Positions 48,301-60,092 of a stretch of 64,000 nt of DNA are shown here, piece by piece. Position 1 is the stretch's first letter. The number at the start of each line of letters is the position of its first letter. This DNA comes from Oopsacas minuta (Eukaryota; Animalia; Porifera), in contig JAKMXF010000022.1 in assembly GCA_024704765.1 (NCBI GenBank), positions 635,055 to 699,054 of the forward strand. The letters run 5' to 3'. The position numbers were made by a program, and so were the translations under genes. The notes beneath the pieces are model-generated. The model saw nothing but the letters and a program-made list of their open reading frames with translations, did not search any database and was not told the DNA's origin.

Positions 48301-51126
48301 CACGAATGTAGCTGGATATTGTACATAGGTTTATTTAATTAATTAATTAATCTCCTTTAGTATGGTTAAAATATTTGACAAGATGCAGAGTCAATTATTT
48401 ATTGAACAAGAGAAATACTCTGCTGCTATGAGACAAATTAAACAACTAGAAAAACAGGTCAGGAAATACTTATACTTTATTCACTAGGTAGAACTCGGTT
48501 AATATACCCCCTAGGGAAGCTATTATTTATTATTAGTATTAGTATTAGTATTATTAGTATTAGTATTAGTATTATTAGTATTAGTATTAGTATTAGTATT
48601 ATTAGTAGTATTAGTATTAGTATTAGTATTAGTATTATTAGTATTATTAGTATTAGTATTAGTATTAGTATTAGTATTATTAGTATTAGTATTAGTATTA
48701 GTATTATTAGTATTAGTATTAGTATTATTAGTATTAGTATTAGTATTAGTATTATTAGTATTAGGTATTAGTATTAGTATTAGTATTAGTATTGGTATTA
48801 GTATTAGTATTGGTATTAGTATTAGTATTAGTATTAGTATTAGTATTAGTATTAGGTATTAGTATTAGTATTAGTATTAGTATTATTAGTATTAGTATTA
48901 TTAGTATTAGTATTAGTATTATTAGTATTAGGTATTAGTATTAGTATTAGTATTAGTATTAGTATTAGTATTAGTATTAGTATTAGTATTAGTATTAGTA
49001 TTAGTATTAGTATTAGTATTAGTATTGGTATTAGTATTAGTATTAGTATTGGTATTAGTATTAGTATTAGTATTAGTATTAGTATTAGTATTAGTATTAG
49101 TATTGGTATTAGTATTAGTATTAGTATTAGTATTAGTATTAGTATTAGTATTAGTATTAGTATTAGTATTAGTATTAGTATTAGTATTAGTATTAGTATT
49201 AGTATTAGTATTAGTATTAGGGTTTATTAGATATTCTGAACGTGGAGTGTGACAAATTGCTGCTATTTTCCAGTTCATCAGTACAAACACAACTATAGTA
49301 CTAAATATAACTGATTTCTTCTAAGACATAGATTTCTGAGTAACAAAAGATGATAAAGCGATGAGCTTACAGGCTATGTAATGGTATTGGACAGGCTATG
49401 TAATCATGTTGGTTTAGAGATGATCATTTGAATTTTCTGAACTAGTATATTCTAAATCTGTTGTAATTGTGGTATTGATTGTGACATCTGGAGTATTATC
49501 GGGTTCTTCGTTAGGTGGTTGACTAATAGTTTCGTAGAAAGGTTCTTGAATCGTAAAGATTTGTTGTATACTACTATTATTATTATTATTATTAATTATA
49601 CCTGATAATTTTTCAGGTTAATAATTATTCTGTTGTGTAGATTTCAAACCTTGAAGCTCCGAGCAAACTTGGCAGAGATATATTTAAACTTACTCCACAA
49701 CTAGCCAATGAAATAGACGCATTGGATGCAAAGATTAGTAAAGTAAATACTCATTTACCTTACAATTATGAAATATTCCAAATTTTATGAACATCTTTAT
49801 GCTAGGCCCAAGAAGCACTAGCAGAAGTTAAAAGCACTGCTTACCACGGCTCATTTAAAGATGTAATAGCACTGAGTTCTAACCTAGAAGCTCAAGAACA
49901 ATACGACATACATCTATCTCAACTCAGAGAATTCATTGTAGAACTCAATTCTAAATTACCAGTGAGTAATATTCTTTCAAGGAACTACAGTCATCTCTCG
50001 ATATTTATATTAAACAATATTTGTATTTATTAGGGTTATCAATTTACAAAAGAAGAAGTTACTACTCATATGAAAGAGACATCTGCTAATATTAAATCTC
50101 TTCATTTATCTAAGGTAATTACTCCTAGCTCTAGAATTTGAAAACTATTGGAAGTATTTATAATGGTTTGATCGTTTGTAGACAAAATTGGAGAGAACAA
50201 TTGAGAATCTGAGATCTAGTGATGACAGTGTGAGTTCTCTGGAAGAGAATTCTCAGGAGAGATATGAGCAACAACTGATGAAAATTATTGAGAATCTTCA
50301 TCAAGAAGAAAAGGTAAATCTTCTAGATTCGCTTAATTAGACTTTCTCGAAAGTGTTCAGAATTCAGACTAAACCCTCTAGAATTTGGTTAATAGGGAAT
50401 TGCGCCATAATTTTTTCATGAATTTGGTGAGTCATTATTTTAAAGATAATTTTGCCTGTTTTATATTTATAGAAATTCGAACAACTTGCAACGGAGGATC
50501 AGATGCTAATTGCTCGTCTCCAACAGATGGACAAACAACTGCAGAGGGACAAACAGCTGGAGAGAGAAATTGTTAATATTGAGGAGGTATAACATTGACA
50601 TATTCAAAATATGAATTTTCAGTACGTATTTTTAACTCTTCTTTAGAATCAAGCTACTCTATATCATAAAATCCTAAAGACCACAGAGCTGACCAAATCC
50701 CATCTCTTAGATTTAGCAGAAGATCGTTATAAATACGAGCAAGAATTTTATAGTCTTTCTTCTCGCAGTCCTAACGGGATGTTTCCTAACCTGCCACAGC
50801 CCACTCAATTCCACTCTGATTATCTGAAAAAGAGTGTAAATGCTATGTGAGTTTAAGTTCTGTAACGGATTATGATAACAAACGCGAACTTTCAAATTTT
50901 GCTGCCAAATAATAGTATCGGATAATTTCGATTTTCAGCTGATATTTCTGATTTCTATATTTAATTCGCATATTTTGTTTTGTTTTACAGGAATCATTTA
51001 AAATACAAGAGTATCCTAGAGCTCGGATTGTTTTCAACTTTGTTGCAAGAATTACTAGAAATGGAATCAGAGAATATGGATCAGCTGATTTCTCTCGTTG
51101 TGGGGACTAGAAGGCTTCAAAGTTAG
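39356..51126 (+). CDS. Large multi-exon PH-domain + coiled-coil protein (PLEKHA4-7-like); model only partly resolved and could be two genes
   Basis: PH exons 42622-42676, 42817-42886, 42961-43061, 43148-43251 read SGYLYKKGVKSKMWMKRWYTLSDYTLFCFK...AIPLPSFSV...HYFAAETEAEMLDWVQEI. Candidate first exons 39356-39426 and 39952-40010. A series of short coiled-coil exons between ~47040 and ~50850 leads to a last exon 50991-51126. Exons in 40150-42500 and 43550-47000 are unresolved. Confidence 0.6.
39434..39601. mobile_element. Degenerate Tc1/mariner (Tigger-like) MITE
   Basis: Ends TA-CAATAAACT...AGTTTACTA-TA with TA flanks, and internal CTCGTTACAACGAA / CTCGTTATAAGCG motifs typical of such MITEs. 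Confidence 0.45.
41300..41513. mobile_element. ~214-bp MITE (copy 2) with 13-bp TIRs
   Basis: ACGTATTATACGT (41300-41312) and ACGTATAATACGT (41501-41513) are exact reverse complements. The body matches 7700-7955. Confidence 0.8.
43758..44327 (-). CDS. PHAX: Phosphorylated adapter RNA export protein, compact, intronless, 189 aa, antisense in an intron of the PH gene
   Basis: ICARFNEKNVPIIESIVNCIGKKHAIQLVQDTLELEEKGGMLTQEGTRRSIGGVFIRLV matches the PHAX RNA-binding domain (...IELLMETAEVEQNGG...RRRTPGGVFLNLL). Basic C-terminus. Confidence 0.85.
   Translation of the reverse strand: MACEYPEDEITMMISDEFREELSGDKDNPFCDLIDGNSLNEKCATEDKIDGTEFINSLKSSEMDTNMLTKSICARFNEKNVPIIESIVNCIGKKHAIQLVQDTLELEEKGGMLTQEGTRRSIGGVFIRLVESRKYLSDLKKVQSKEEIRRVNRINTSAKKNKKRRLKMKALKERLKSENLKEMMEMMDI
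44895..46955 (-). mobile_element. Defective Mutator-like element (~2 kb) with long TIRs and transposase remnants
   Basis: 53-bp inverted repeats at 44923-44975 and 46873-46925 (51/53 identical), extending outward more degenerately. ORF 45790-46101 reads PPLFPIPMWNNY...PTTTNLVEAWHHAFSSTVASHHPNFWKFCETLKIEQ, the MULE transposase C-terminal signature. Confidence 0.85.
48531..49220. repeat. (TATTAG)n hexamer array, ~690 bp, intronic
   Basis: Directly visible. The 5' half is interrupted by TATTATTAG units; the 3' half is nearly pure with TATTGG variants. Confidence 0.98.
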
Positions 51127-51578
51127 TTTTATTTTATCATTACTAGTATCCAAACAACCAAATTTTATTGATCCTCTATATATAGCTGACTACACCCCAG
51201 ACATACCCCTGGAAAGCACAATACTAAGCATCGTGAATCCAAATTCCTCCCATCTTGCTAGACAACTCTACTCTTCAAAGAATTTCCAATCATTGCTACT
51301 CATATAATTATCTACTAATCACCCTTTTGAAAGCAAGCGTAATTGTATATAATCAATCTTAACCTCAATACCATAATTCTTCATATCAAGCAATATTACT
51401 AGTGAATATAAATTAGTTTTGTTAGTTAAGGGTGTAATATATTAATACTACTGTATTGGTTTTAAATTGATGGATATTTTTATATTATTTTGTTGTTATG
51501 ATGATATATGATGATTGTGTCAAATCTATTTACGTATAATAAACAGACATATAACATTATAGTTCATTAGTAGCTCAA

Positions 51579-51950
51579 ATGAGAGGCCTTCTAGTCCTCT
51601 CACTATTTGCTCTCATGCTGCATCCTCTCTTCGGAGAAGAATCAGGTGATAAAATTGCAGAACATGCAGTGCTAGAAACCTGCAGTGGATGACGATTAAA
51701 CAAGCTGCCTCAGGTGAAGGCATTCATCAATGAGGCAGCTCCCTTAATCCCCAAACTTGAAGTTAAGTATGTGGGAGGGGCTACACCTGAGATTAGTTTC
51801 TTCTCTGAAAACAATGAGTTAATTGATAAAGTTGATGTCAGCGGAATGAAAAAAACTGAGATTATAGAGCTGGTAGCTGATTACGGTTTCTTATTCGCCC
51901 AAAATGTGGAACCAGATGTGGGACAGGAAAGCCACGACGGGGATCTGTAA
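51579..51950 (+). CDS. SELENOM: Selenoprotein M-like (Sep15/SelM family), 123 aa, in-frame UGA at 51690-51692 read as Sec
   Basis: ATG 51579 opens a signal peptide (MRGLLVLSLFALMLHPLFG), then AVLETCSGU-RLNKLPQVKAFI...KYVGGATPEI. This matches SelM ARVETCGGUQLNRLKEVKAFV (CxxU). C-terminus HDGDL. SECIS in the 3' UTR. Confidence 0.88.
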
Positions 51951-51990
51951 CTCTTTATTAATTAACAGTGTACAATTATTTGATCATTAC

Positions 51991-52056
51991 TCTCGTAACT
52001 CAATCGTGACGTACAACATTGAAATGTGTGATGTTGTGCTGAGTTTATGAGTGGAG
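51991..52056 (+). promoter_or_regulatory. SECIS element (type I-like, GUGA core)
   Basis: Helix I ACUCA/UGAGU (51998-52002 / 52048-52052). G-UGAC...UGAG quartet (52006-52010 / 52040-52043). 9-bp helix II GUACAACAU/AUGUUGUGC. Apical AAA (52022-52024) lies 12 nt after GUGA. Confidence 0.85.
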
Positions 52057-52521
52057 GGTAAAATCCATTGATTGTATCTGATTTATTTATGTAATAGTTT
52101 AGGAAATAGTTTTGAAATTACATGTGTTAACATTATTACACACTATGATCGTCTTGATAGCTTGAAAACCTCTGTACAACTCTCTTATACAGCCGGACAG
52201 GATAGGTTTACATTACCGGGACCATAGACATGCCTGTACTTATACTCTATCAGTAGTCCAACTACATATGTATGTTGCATCTTAACAAAGTTCAAAAGTC
52301 TAAACCTTGCAATTATTGTACATTTTAATTTATATGCCACAAGGCAACACCTGATTAATTTATGCGAATGAATTGGTATTAATTAGTAAACAGCAAACTC
52401 TTGCAAATACTTTATCTTTAATGAAATGTTAAGCACAATAAGATTCGACTGCATTAGAGCTAGATATAGGAGATTATAACATTTCTATTTTACGTTAATC
52501 GAGTTTGAATGTCTGATAAAG

Positions 52522-54437
52522 ATGGATCTAGTGGATTACACTGAGTCTAGCAGTGAAGCAGACCAAGAGAATGACCTAAGTTTACATGGTAACACAAGTA
52601 GACACGCCTCTCACTTCTCTCCAAGTCCAGATTCTATCTTTAACGGGAGCAATCACTCTATGAACCAGTCTCTAGTTAGGGAGCTTAGTTTTGTAAAGGG
52701 AAGACTAGAAGAAGAGAGAGATAAACTAAAAGATTGGGAGGAACAGCTTAGACAGAGGGAAGAGAGGCTCCTGTCTCTAGAGCAGACTGCCTGGGAAGCT
52801 CACAAGAATTTGGATAGCATAGCTAGCAGTGAAGTAGCCAAGAGATGGAATGAAGTAGAGGAGAGTCAGGGAAGAGTTGTGAGTGAGTTGAGAGGAGATT
52901 TGAGAGAGAAGGGACAAGAGAATAACAGATTGAAGAATTCTTTTAATTATGTGAGACAAGGTAATGATGTATTGAGACAGCAAGTATCAGACCTAAAAGT
53001 ATGTAATAACAAATTATACCACGAATATATGTTCAAATAGCGTTAATATTCTTTAATAGAGTAAAAATGATAGACTTGAGAAAGAGATTTCTTCCTTACA
53101 AGGCAGAATTACTAGTTTGAAGAGACATAAAGTTGATATTTTCCATGCAGGCTCGAATCAGCAATTATCTACACCTGATGTTTGTTTAGACAGAAATACG
53201 TCATCTAGGTCACTACAGACTGTTACGTCACGGGAGAATAAGAAAAGAACTTCTACAGGTTTAGCTATATCTCAGCTACAAGTAAGTATACCACATACGA
53301 GTAAAGTAATGTCTCATATTGTATAATATAGTATACTTTTACAGCCGTATTCAGACAGTCTATTCATCACGCTCTCCTGGCTAACTGACTCTACACTAGC
53401 TCCCGCTCAAACAACAGAACTTACTCCTGTCAAATTATCTCTGAGAGTAACAAGACTACTGACTTCTCTCTCCGAACTAATGCACTACTTCTCTTCCCTG
53501 AGCCCTAACCACGAGCTTGTATTAACCCGCTTCTGCTACTGGAGTATCTACCACTATAGAAGGGAGCTTGACAACTCTAACGCAACAAACTCTGGTGCTA
53601 CGAGTCTGCCTACTACTCTTAGACGGATTGGAGAGGAGTGTACATCTAACTCAAGTAAAGGGAGTAGTGTTAAGAGGAAGGTATATATTAATCTAATAGA
53701 AATCTGTCCAACTTCTCATTATTACTCATTTAGGCATCAGAATCTACAAATCTGTTCTTACACTCAGATAGCTTAGAAGTTAGATTACTGAGCTCTGTCA
53801 TTATATTACAAACTATCTCACAAGCTGATATATGTAGTCATGCATACGACCTGCTACGCAATGAATTAACAGATGTGAGAGCAAGAGAAATACTGTTAGT
53901 GTATAAGAGACAGGGTTATTAATGTTATAATAACTCACTTTACTTCTCAGAATAGGTATGTGATGGGTTCACATTTTAGGAAATAAGTTATGTCTAGGTA
54001 CCTTTCTACCCTAAAATGACCTTTAATTTTTAGGAAAATGTCCTGTCTACAATTTATTGCAATAGCCAAATATCTTATACATTACATGTAAATCTAGGCT
54101 TCTTCTCTCGAACTCAATCCTAACTTTACTCCTGTTAGTTGTAGATCAGACTCCTTCCTCTCTCCAGTTCTCTCTCGCTCTCTGTAGTGATCATTTCTTC
54201 CGCTACACTTCTCACTTAATCACAGAAGACAGACTAGATGATGCTTTGAAAGAGAAACTAGCAGTTATCCTACAGCGTCTCTCCAAGCTACCTCACAGCA
54301 TGAAACTATTCGAACGATCTGGTCTTGAGCACAGCTGTGAAGAGTTGTTAAGAAGATTGGATCCCAAACGAACATTTCTGAAACTAAATATTGAATCAGT
54401 ACTCGCTAATCTTGCTCTAGCTCGACACAACAGTTAA
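52522..54437 (+). CDS. CCDC138: Coiled-coil domain-containing protein 138, ~5 exons
   Basis: Exons 52522-52998, 53060-53281, 53345-53680, 53734-~53898 (donor uncertain), 54066-54437. EEQLRQREERLL, LREKGQENNRLKNSF, RFCYWSI, TTLRRIGEE, RLLSSVIILQTISQAD, EKLAVILQRLSK and FLKLNIESVLANL parallel recalled CCDC138 segments. Confidence 0.8.
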
Positions 54438-54819
54438 TGTATTGTCCAGTACAGTTATGCAACCTGTTCTCTTAATTAATGCTTGCTTCTGGAATTTATC
54501 TTTATTGATTATTTATGAGATTGTTGGATTTCTTGAAATTTATGGCATTCCGATTTTAGAATATAGAATTAGCGCTAACTTACAAATTTATTCAATAGAT
54601 TTATTGCATTAAGCTTTGTGACAAAGTCTATAACTCTTTTCAACTGATAAATTTGCCGTTGGGACGGAAAAATCCAATGTTCAGTTGGTAATTACAATTT
54701 TACATTTATTACCAACAAAGTATAACCACATACGTATGAGTGTACCGATATTTCATTTGTTGGAAGGAACATGTTGTCTCTATTTAGTCAATGTAATGTA
54801 AACGAGTAACAATACTATC

Positions 54820-56201
54820 ATGGGATACATATCTCGTGAAACAAACAATTATAATATTCAACAAGACAATGAAGCCCTCACTCATATGGACACACAACTC
54901 GTATATATTTGGACATTCGGCCTAATTATAATATTTGCAAAATGAAGAAATTTAACTTGTATAAACAGAAAAGATACAGTATGCTGATGGAGACAGCAAT
55001 AGATGGGAGTAACCCCTTCCATAGTTTTGATATGATTGAAGGAAAAATAAGAACAAGATTTAATATAATAATTGAGAAATTATTAATGCGAAGAGATACA
55101 ATCCTGAAAAACCTAGCTGAGGTTAAAATAGAATACGAGAAGAAAGATCGAAGTAGAAAACTATCTATTGAGGAAATGAAAGAATGCAAGAAACAAATGG
55201 AAACGATGAAAGCAGATAATGCATCAGCTCAGAAATTCAAAAACCAATGTTTGGAAAAACTTGAGAAAGATTTACAAGAATTTGAAATATCAGTTGTACC
55301 TAATCTAATGTTTCTCTGCGATAGCATTGAAGTAGAAAGAAGAATAGGGAATTTAGGTGAACTTCTGAATGCTTCTGAATTTTACAAGAGCAAGAAGCTA
55401 CCGGTAATTCATAAAGGTAGGAAAGGATGTGGCTTGAAGGAGTTTGACTACCCAAAAGGAATTTCTCTTGACATAATAAATCATCACATCCACATTGCAG
55501 ATAGTAAAAATAAAAGAATTTTGATATACACAACGCATGGAGAACAGATATCAGAGATTACAGAAGGATTATCTTCTCCATATGGTGTTGTATTAGCCAA
55601 TAATCCCAATGAGTTATATGTTACCGATATTGCAGAGCATGCTCTATTCAAATTCTTTATACCTAACCCTACGCTAATACATAAAGTCACTAACTTTGAC
55701 AAGGGTAGAGAAAAGTTTAATGTACCAAAAGGAATAGACATAGACTCGCATAATCAAGTATATATAGCAGACAGCGAGAATGATAGAATTGTAGTTTTAG
55801 GTCCTCGTTACGAGCTTAGGAGTGTTATCGGTGTTGGGATATTGAAAGGACCTTTGGATGTTAAAGTTAAGTACAACAAGTTGGTTTATGTACTAGATCA
55901 GAGTAAAGAGAGATTGCATGTATTCTCTATGTATGGAGAAAGGGAGAACAATCGGATTGATTTGACTAAAATGTTTGCTCCAATCTTTCTTGCTTTTGAC
56001 AACAGAGATAACTTGCTTGTAAGTGATTACCATCATGGCTGCATAAATATATACGGGCAAGATGGCCTATTGTTGCATAGTTTAGGGAAACATGGACAAG
56101 GAATAGGGGAGTTTATGCGGCCTACTGGCGTGGTTATAACTGAAGAAGGACGATTAATAGTGCTTTCACAGAGTTTATGGTATCCTCTACAAATATTCTA
56201 A
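54820..56201 (+). CDS. Coiled-coil + NHL-repeat beta-propeller protein (TRIM-NHL-like, no RING/B-box seen)
   Basis: Probable exon 54820-54900 spliced (phase 0) to 54969-56201. Repeats FDYPKGISLD...IHIADSKNKRI, FNVPKGIDID..NQVYIADSENDRI, GEFMRPTGV. Confidence 0.8.
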
Positions 56202-56361
56202 TCACTAAAAATGCTCCTATTGAAGATTTCAATTATGATAACTCTTTTAAATTTACTCATTATATTACAAGTAATAATATATCTAGAATATTGTAATTGA
56301 CAAAATATAATATCCATAAATTATGGGAGAAGTTATGAGCAATTATTAGAGCTTAATATTA

Positions 56362-57576
56362 TCAAAATATAACAATGGGATTATCCTTGTTACGAGTAAC
56401 GACTATTATTTCATTTTCACTATGTGATAAGCATATCCCAGTGGGATTAGTCAGTGTACCGGGTCCTCCAATAGTTTTTTGTTCCCCTCTCGGATTAATC
56501 ACACTGATACAATTATTTTTGTAATCGCTTATGATGCAATTCTCGTGGTTATCAGCTGTAAAAAAGTGGTTTGATTTGAGCACCTCTTCTATTGAATAAA
56601 TATTCTTTTGGTCTGTACCGTCTTTAGCGTAGCTCCTAAGGTTTGGAGTTCTACACTCGAGAATGAAAACACGTTGTTCAGTGACCTTGATACAAATCGG
56701 ACCTTCAGTAGACTGGTCCAGGAAGAATCGCTTAAATGTCAAATCTATATTGTATATTGCAATTCTGTTGTTTAGATAATCTGCCACGTAGAGCTCTTTG
56801 GTACTAGAATCATAATCAATCATTGTAGGAGATTTAAGTTGTCCTTCACGCAAGCCTAGTTCACCCACTACGTTGCATTTTGTGAAGTTTATTAGCTCAA
56901 ACGCGAATATGCAATGCAACTTATGATCAGTAACGAATAACTTGTTTTCAACACAACAAACACCCCATGGTTGAGATAAGTATTTTTGACCAAATTCTCC
57001 CAAAAACTGTCCCTCTATTGTGAATACAAAAATGCAATGTTTATTTCCACATGCGACGAAAATCCGGTCGTTACTATCGACTGCTAACCCATGTGGACAC
57101 TCCATGGGACCTTCATCAGTCCCCAAAGTACCGAATGAACGTTTAGACTTCTTTATACTCGAATAATCTCGAAAGGTTGGCTGAAGTGAACCGAAATTTA
57201 GGATTGAGCTTTTCAGATTGTCTAATTTATTTGTTTTGAAAATGTAATCAAAGGATAGAGACTCACTCCTAATTTTGTCCAATTTCTCTTCAATCTTCGC
57301 ATCAGAACCTGTAATAATATCAGTAACAGGATTACTCTTTACCTTAGATTTGAAATTATCAAATTCTTTGCAATCTTCTTCGATTTTCTTTTGTTCAGCT
57401 ATATCTCCTTCAAATTCACGTTTCAGAGAATTTACGTAATTCAGTAGAGTTTCTTCACGTTTTTTCAACATCTCAATAAGTTCAGAGAATATTTCGCTTA
57501 TAGTATCTATGAGAAGCTGTACTTTCTTTTCAAACTCTAAAAAGTTTGAGTCTCTACCTGATTCACTCGTGGCCAT
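56362..57576 (-). CDS. Coiled-coil + NHL-repeat protein, intronless, 404 aa
   Basis: N-terminal helical region, then GPMECPHGLAVDSNDRIFV, LSQPWGVC, GQLKSPTMI...LYVADYLNNRI, LTNPTGICL. Confidence 0.85.
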   Translation of the reverse strand: MATSESGRDSNFLEFEKKVQLLIDTISEIFSELIEMLKKREETLLNYVNSLKREFEGDIAEQKKIEEDCKEFDNFKSKVKSNPVTDIITGSDAKIEEKLDKIRSESLSFDYIFKTNKLDNLKSSILNFGSLQPTFRDYSSIKKSKRSFGTLGTDEGPMECPHGLAVDSNDRIFVACGNKHCIFVFTIEGQFLGEFGQKYLSQPWGVCCVENKLFVTDHKLHCIFAFELINFTKCNVVGELGLREGQLKSPTMIDYDSSTKELYVADYLNNRIAIYNIDLTFKRFFLDQSTEGPICIKVTEQRVFILECRTPNLRSYAKDGTDQKNIYSIEEVLKSNHFFTADNHENCIISDYKNNCISVINPRGEQKTIGGPGTLTNPTGICLSHSENEIIVVTRNKDNPIVIF

Positions 57577-58041
57577 GTATTCCTAAAACTTTTTAGAATT
57601 CAACTTTTATAACTGTTGTACATTGTTGCTACCTATTTATCCTATGAAATTTGTGAATAATATTACAAGGGGAGTAACCTGAAATGTAAGCCTAACTTTC
57701 AAATAAATTATTCGATCCAAATCCCTCCCAGATAATAATCTGGCATCTGTAATATGTATTGGATTGCAATACATATTACAGATTATATCTTAATATAAAC
57801 ACAATTGCTTGTGATATTGAATTTTTATTCTATCTAATGTAAATGAAAAGTTAATTGATAATGCCGAATTTTGCCACCGAATATATTGCATACAAGAAAA
57901 TTCAAACTGTATTGGTACAGTTAGCAAAGCTACAGAGATTGAACAACAAAACTTGCGTTATACTTCACTAAATTATCATAGTTCATAGTTCTTCCTTTTG
58001 CAACTAGACATACTTGAACAATCTTGATAATTATTTGTTGG

Positions 58042-59970
58042 ATGGCATTTCTGAATACCCTACGCATTGGACTGTCCTCTAAGCTAACTCGCCTCCTTTC
58101 CTGCTCCTCCCTCCCGTACTCTACTCGTAGTTACCAGGTCGTGGATCATACATATGATGCTGTGGTAGTAGGAGCAGGGGGAGCAGGTCTAAGAGCCGCT
58201 TTTGGTCTTGCGGAACAGGGCTTTCGGACCGCTTGCGTAACAAAATTGTTCCCCACCCGGTCCCACACAGTGGCAGCACAAGGAGGTATCAATGCGGCCC
58301 TGGGGAACATGGAGCCAGATGATTGGCGATGGCACCACTACGATACCGTGAAGGGATCTGACTGGTTAGGTGACCAGGACGCTATACACTACATGACCGA
58401 GCAAGCTTCACAGGCTGTGATAGAGTTAGAGAACTATGGTATGCCTTTCTCACGCACTGAGGAAGGGAAGATTTACCAAAGAGCATTTGGTGGACAGAGT
58501 TATAACTATGGGAAGGGTGGGCAAGCTCATAGATGCTGTTGTGTAGCAGACAGGACAGGACACTCCCTCCTACACACTTTATATGGTAGGTCTCTCAAAT
58601 ACGATTGTGAGTACTTTGTGGAGTTTTACGCGTTAGACCTCTTGATGGGAGCAGGAGGGGAGTGTCAGGGAGTTATAGCTATGTGTCTTGAAGATGGAAC
58701 TATTCATCGTTTACGTGCTAAGAACACTATAATAGCTACAGGGGGTTACGGGAGAGCCTATTTTTCATGTACCTCTGCTCACACATGTACTGGTGATGGA
58801 TCGGGAATGGTTACACGTGCAGGCCTACCTAACCAGGATATGGAGTTTATACAGTTCCATCCTACCGGTATTTATGGAGCAGGCTGTCTCATCACAGAGG
58901 GGAGTAGAGGAGAGGGAGGATTCCTGCTTAATTCAGAAGGGGAGCGGTTCATGGAGAGGTACGCCCCCTCTGCGAAAGATCTCGCTTCACGTGACGTAGT
59001 ATCCCGGTCAATGACACTTGAGATCCGTGAGGGTAGAGGGGTAGGTCCATTGAAGGATCACGTCTTGTTACAGCTGTCTCATTTACCCCCAGAGATCTTA
59101 GCTAAACGGTTACCCGGTATCTCAGAGACAGCCATGATATTCTCAGGGGTAGATGTAACCAAAGAACCGATACCAGTCCTCCCCACTGTACACTATAACA
59201 TGGGAGGGGTACCCACCAACTTCAAAGGACAAGCTCTTAAACTAGGACCTAACCTGACAGATCAGATAATACCTGGTTTGTATGCTGCTGGAGAATCTGG
59301 TTGTGCATCTGTACACGGGGCCAATCGTCTGGGAGCAAACTCTTTGTTAGATCTTGTCGTGTTTGGGCGTGCATGTGCCCTTGATATAGGCGCTAATGCG
59401 ATGCCAGGAGACAAACTGCCCCCTCTCTCCCCCACTGCAGGGGAGGAAACCTTTAAATATCTTGATAGGGTACGATATGCGAAAGGTAACACCTCAACAG
59501 CTGAGATCCGTTCTCAGCTCCAACGAGCTATGCAGAATCATGCAGCAGTATTCCGAACAGGACCAGTTATGAAGGAGGGGATAGACAAGATAAATGAGAT
59601 ATACAGATTGTATAGAGAAGATTTGAAGCTGTTTGATCGTAGCTTAATATGGAATTCTGATTTGGTTGAAGCACTTGAATTGGAGAATCTTCTACTTTGT
59701 GCCAAACAGGCCATACATGGGGCGTATGCTCGAGAGGAGAGCAGGGGAGCTCATGCTAGAGAAGACTTTACAAAGCGTATTGATGAATATGATTATGCTA
59801 AGTCATTGGATGGACAGACCAAGCTAGGATTTGAAAAGCATTTCCGGAAGCATACCCTCTCTCGTGTTGATATTGAGACAGGTGACGTCACTCTAGAGTA
59901 CCGACCTGTCATAGATCAGACACTAGATGAAGGATGTCCCAGTGTTCCGCCAGCAGTCAGAGTTTACTAG
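58042..59970 (+). CDS. SDHA: Succinate dehydrogenase flavoprotein subunit, intronless, 642 aa
   Basis: Mitochondrial presequence-like start; [19 protein letters not shown]-binding [56 protein letters not shown] at 58042. Confidence 0.98.
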   Translation: MAFLNTLRIGLSSKLTRLLSCSSLPYSTRSYQVVDHTYDAVVVGAGGAGLRAAFGLAEQGFRTACVTKLFPTRSHTVAAQGGINAALGNMEPDDWRWHHYDTVKGSDWLGDQDAIHYMTEQASQAVIELENYGMPFSRTEEGKIYQRAFGGQSYNYGKGGQAHRCCCVADRTGHSLLHTLYGRSLKYDCEYFVEFYALDLLMGAGGECQGVIAMCLEDGTIHRLRAKNTIIATGGYGRAYFSCTSAHTCTGDGSGMVTRAGLPNQDMEFIQFHPTGIYGAGCLITEGSRGEGGFLLNSEGERFMERYAPSAKDLASRDVVSRSMTLEIREGRGVGPLKDHVLLQLSHLPPEILAKRLPGISETAMIFSGVDVTKEPIPVLPTVHYNMGGVPTNFKGQALKLGPNLTDQIIPGLYAAGESGCASVHGANRLGANSLLDLVVFGRACALDIGANAMPGDKLPPLSPTAGEETFKYLDRVRYAKGNTSTAEIRSQLQRAMQNHAAVFRTGPVMKEGIDKINEIYRLYREDLKLFDRSLIWNSDLVEALELENLLLCAKQAIHGAYAREESRGAHAREDFTKRIDEYDYAKSLDGQTKLGFEKHFRKHTLSRVDIETGDVTLEYRPVIDQTLDEGCPSVPPAVRVY

Positions 59971-60092
59971 CAATACACACTTTATAATATTTATATATTG
60001 ATTAGAGTAGTTAGAAAATCGAAATTTTCGAAATTTCCAATTTTATTTCCTTTCAATTTACTTTTGCATTTATTAGTGTTAGATTTGTTGCA

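Noticed and set aside
48928-49290. ORFs encoding (NT)n on - and (VL)n on +
   Set aside because: Translation artefacts of the stop-free TATTAG microsatellite; the region lies in an intron.
54034-54068. Apparent in-frame TAG read-through in CCDC138
   Set aside because: The TAG (54063-54065) is better explained as the splice acceptor of the last exon, which restores alignment at PNILY.
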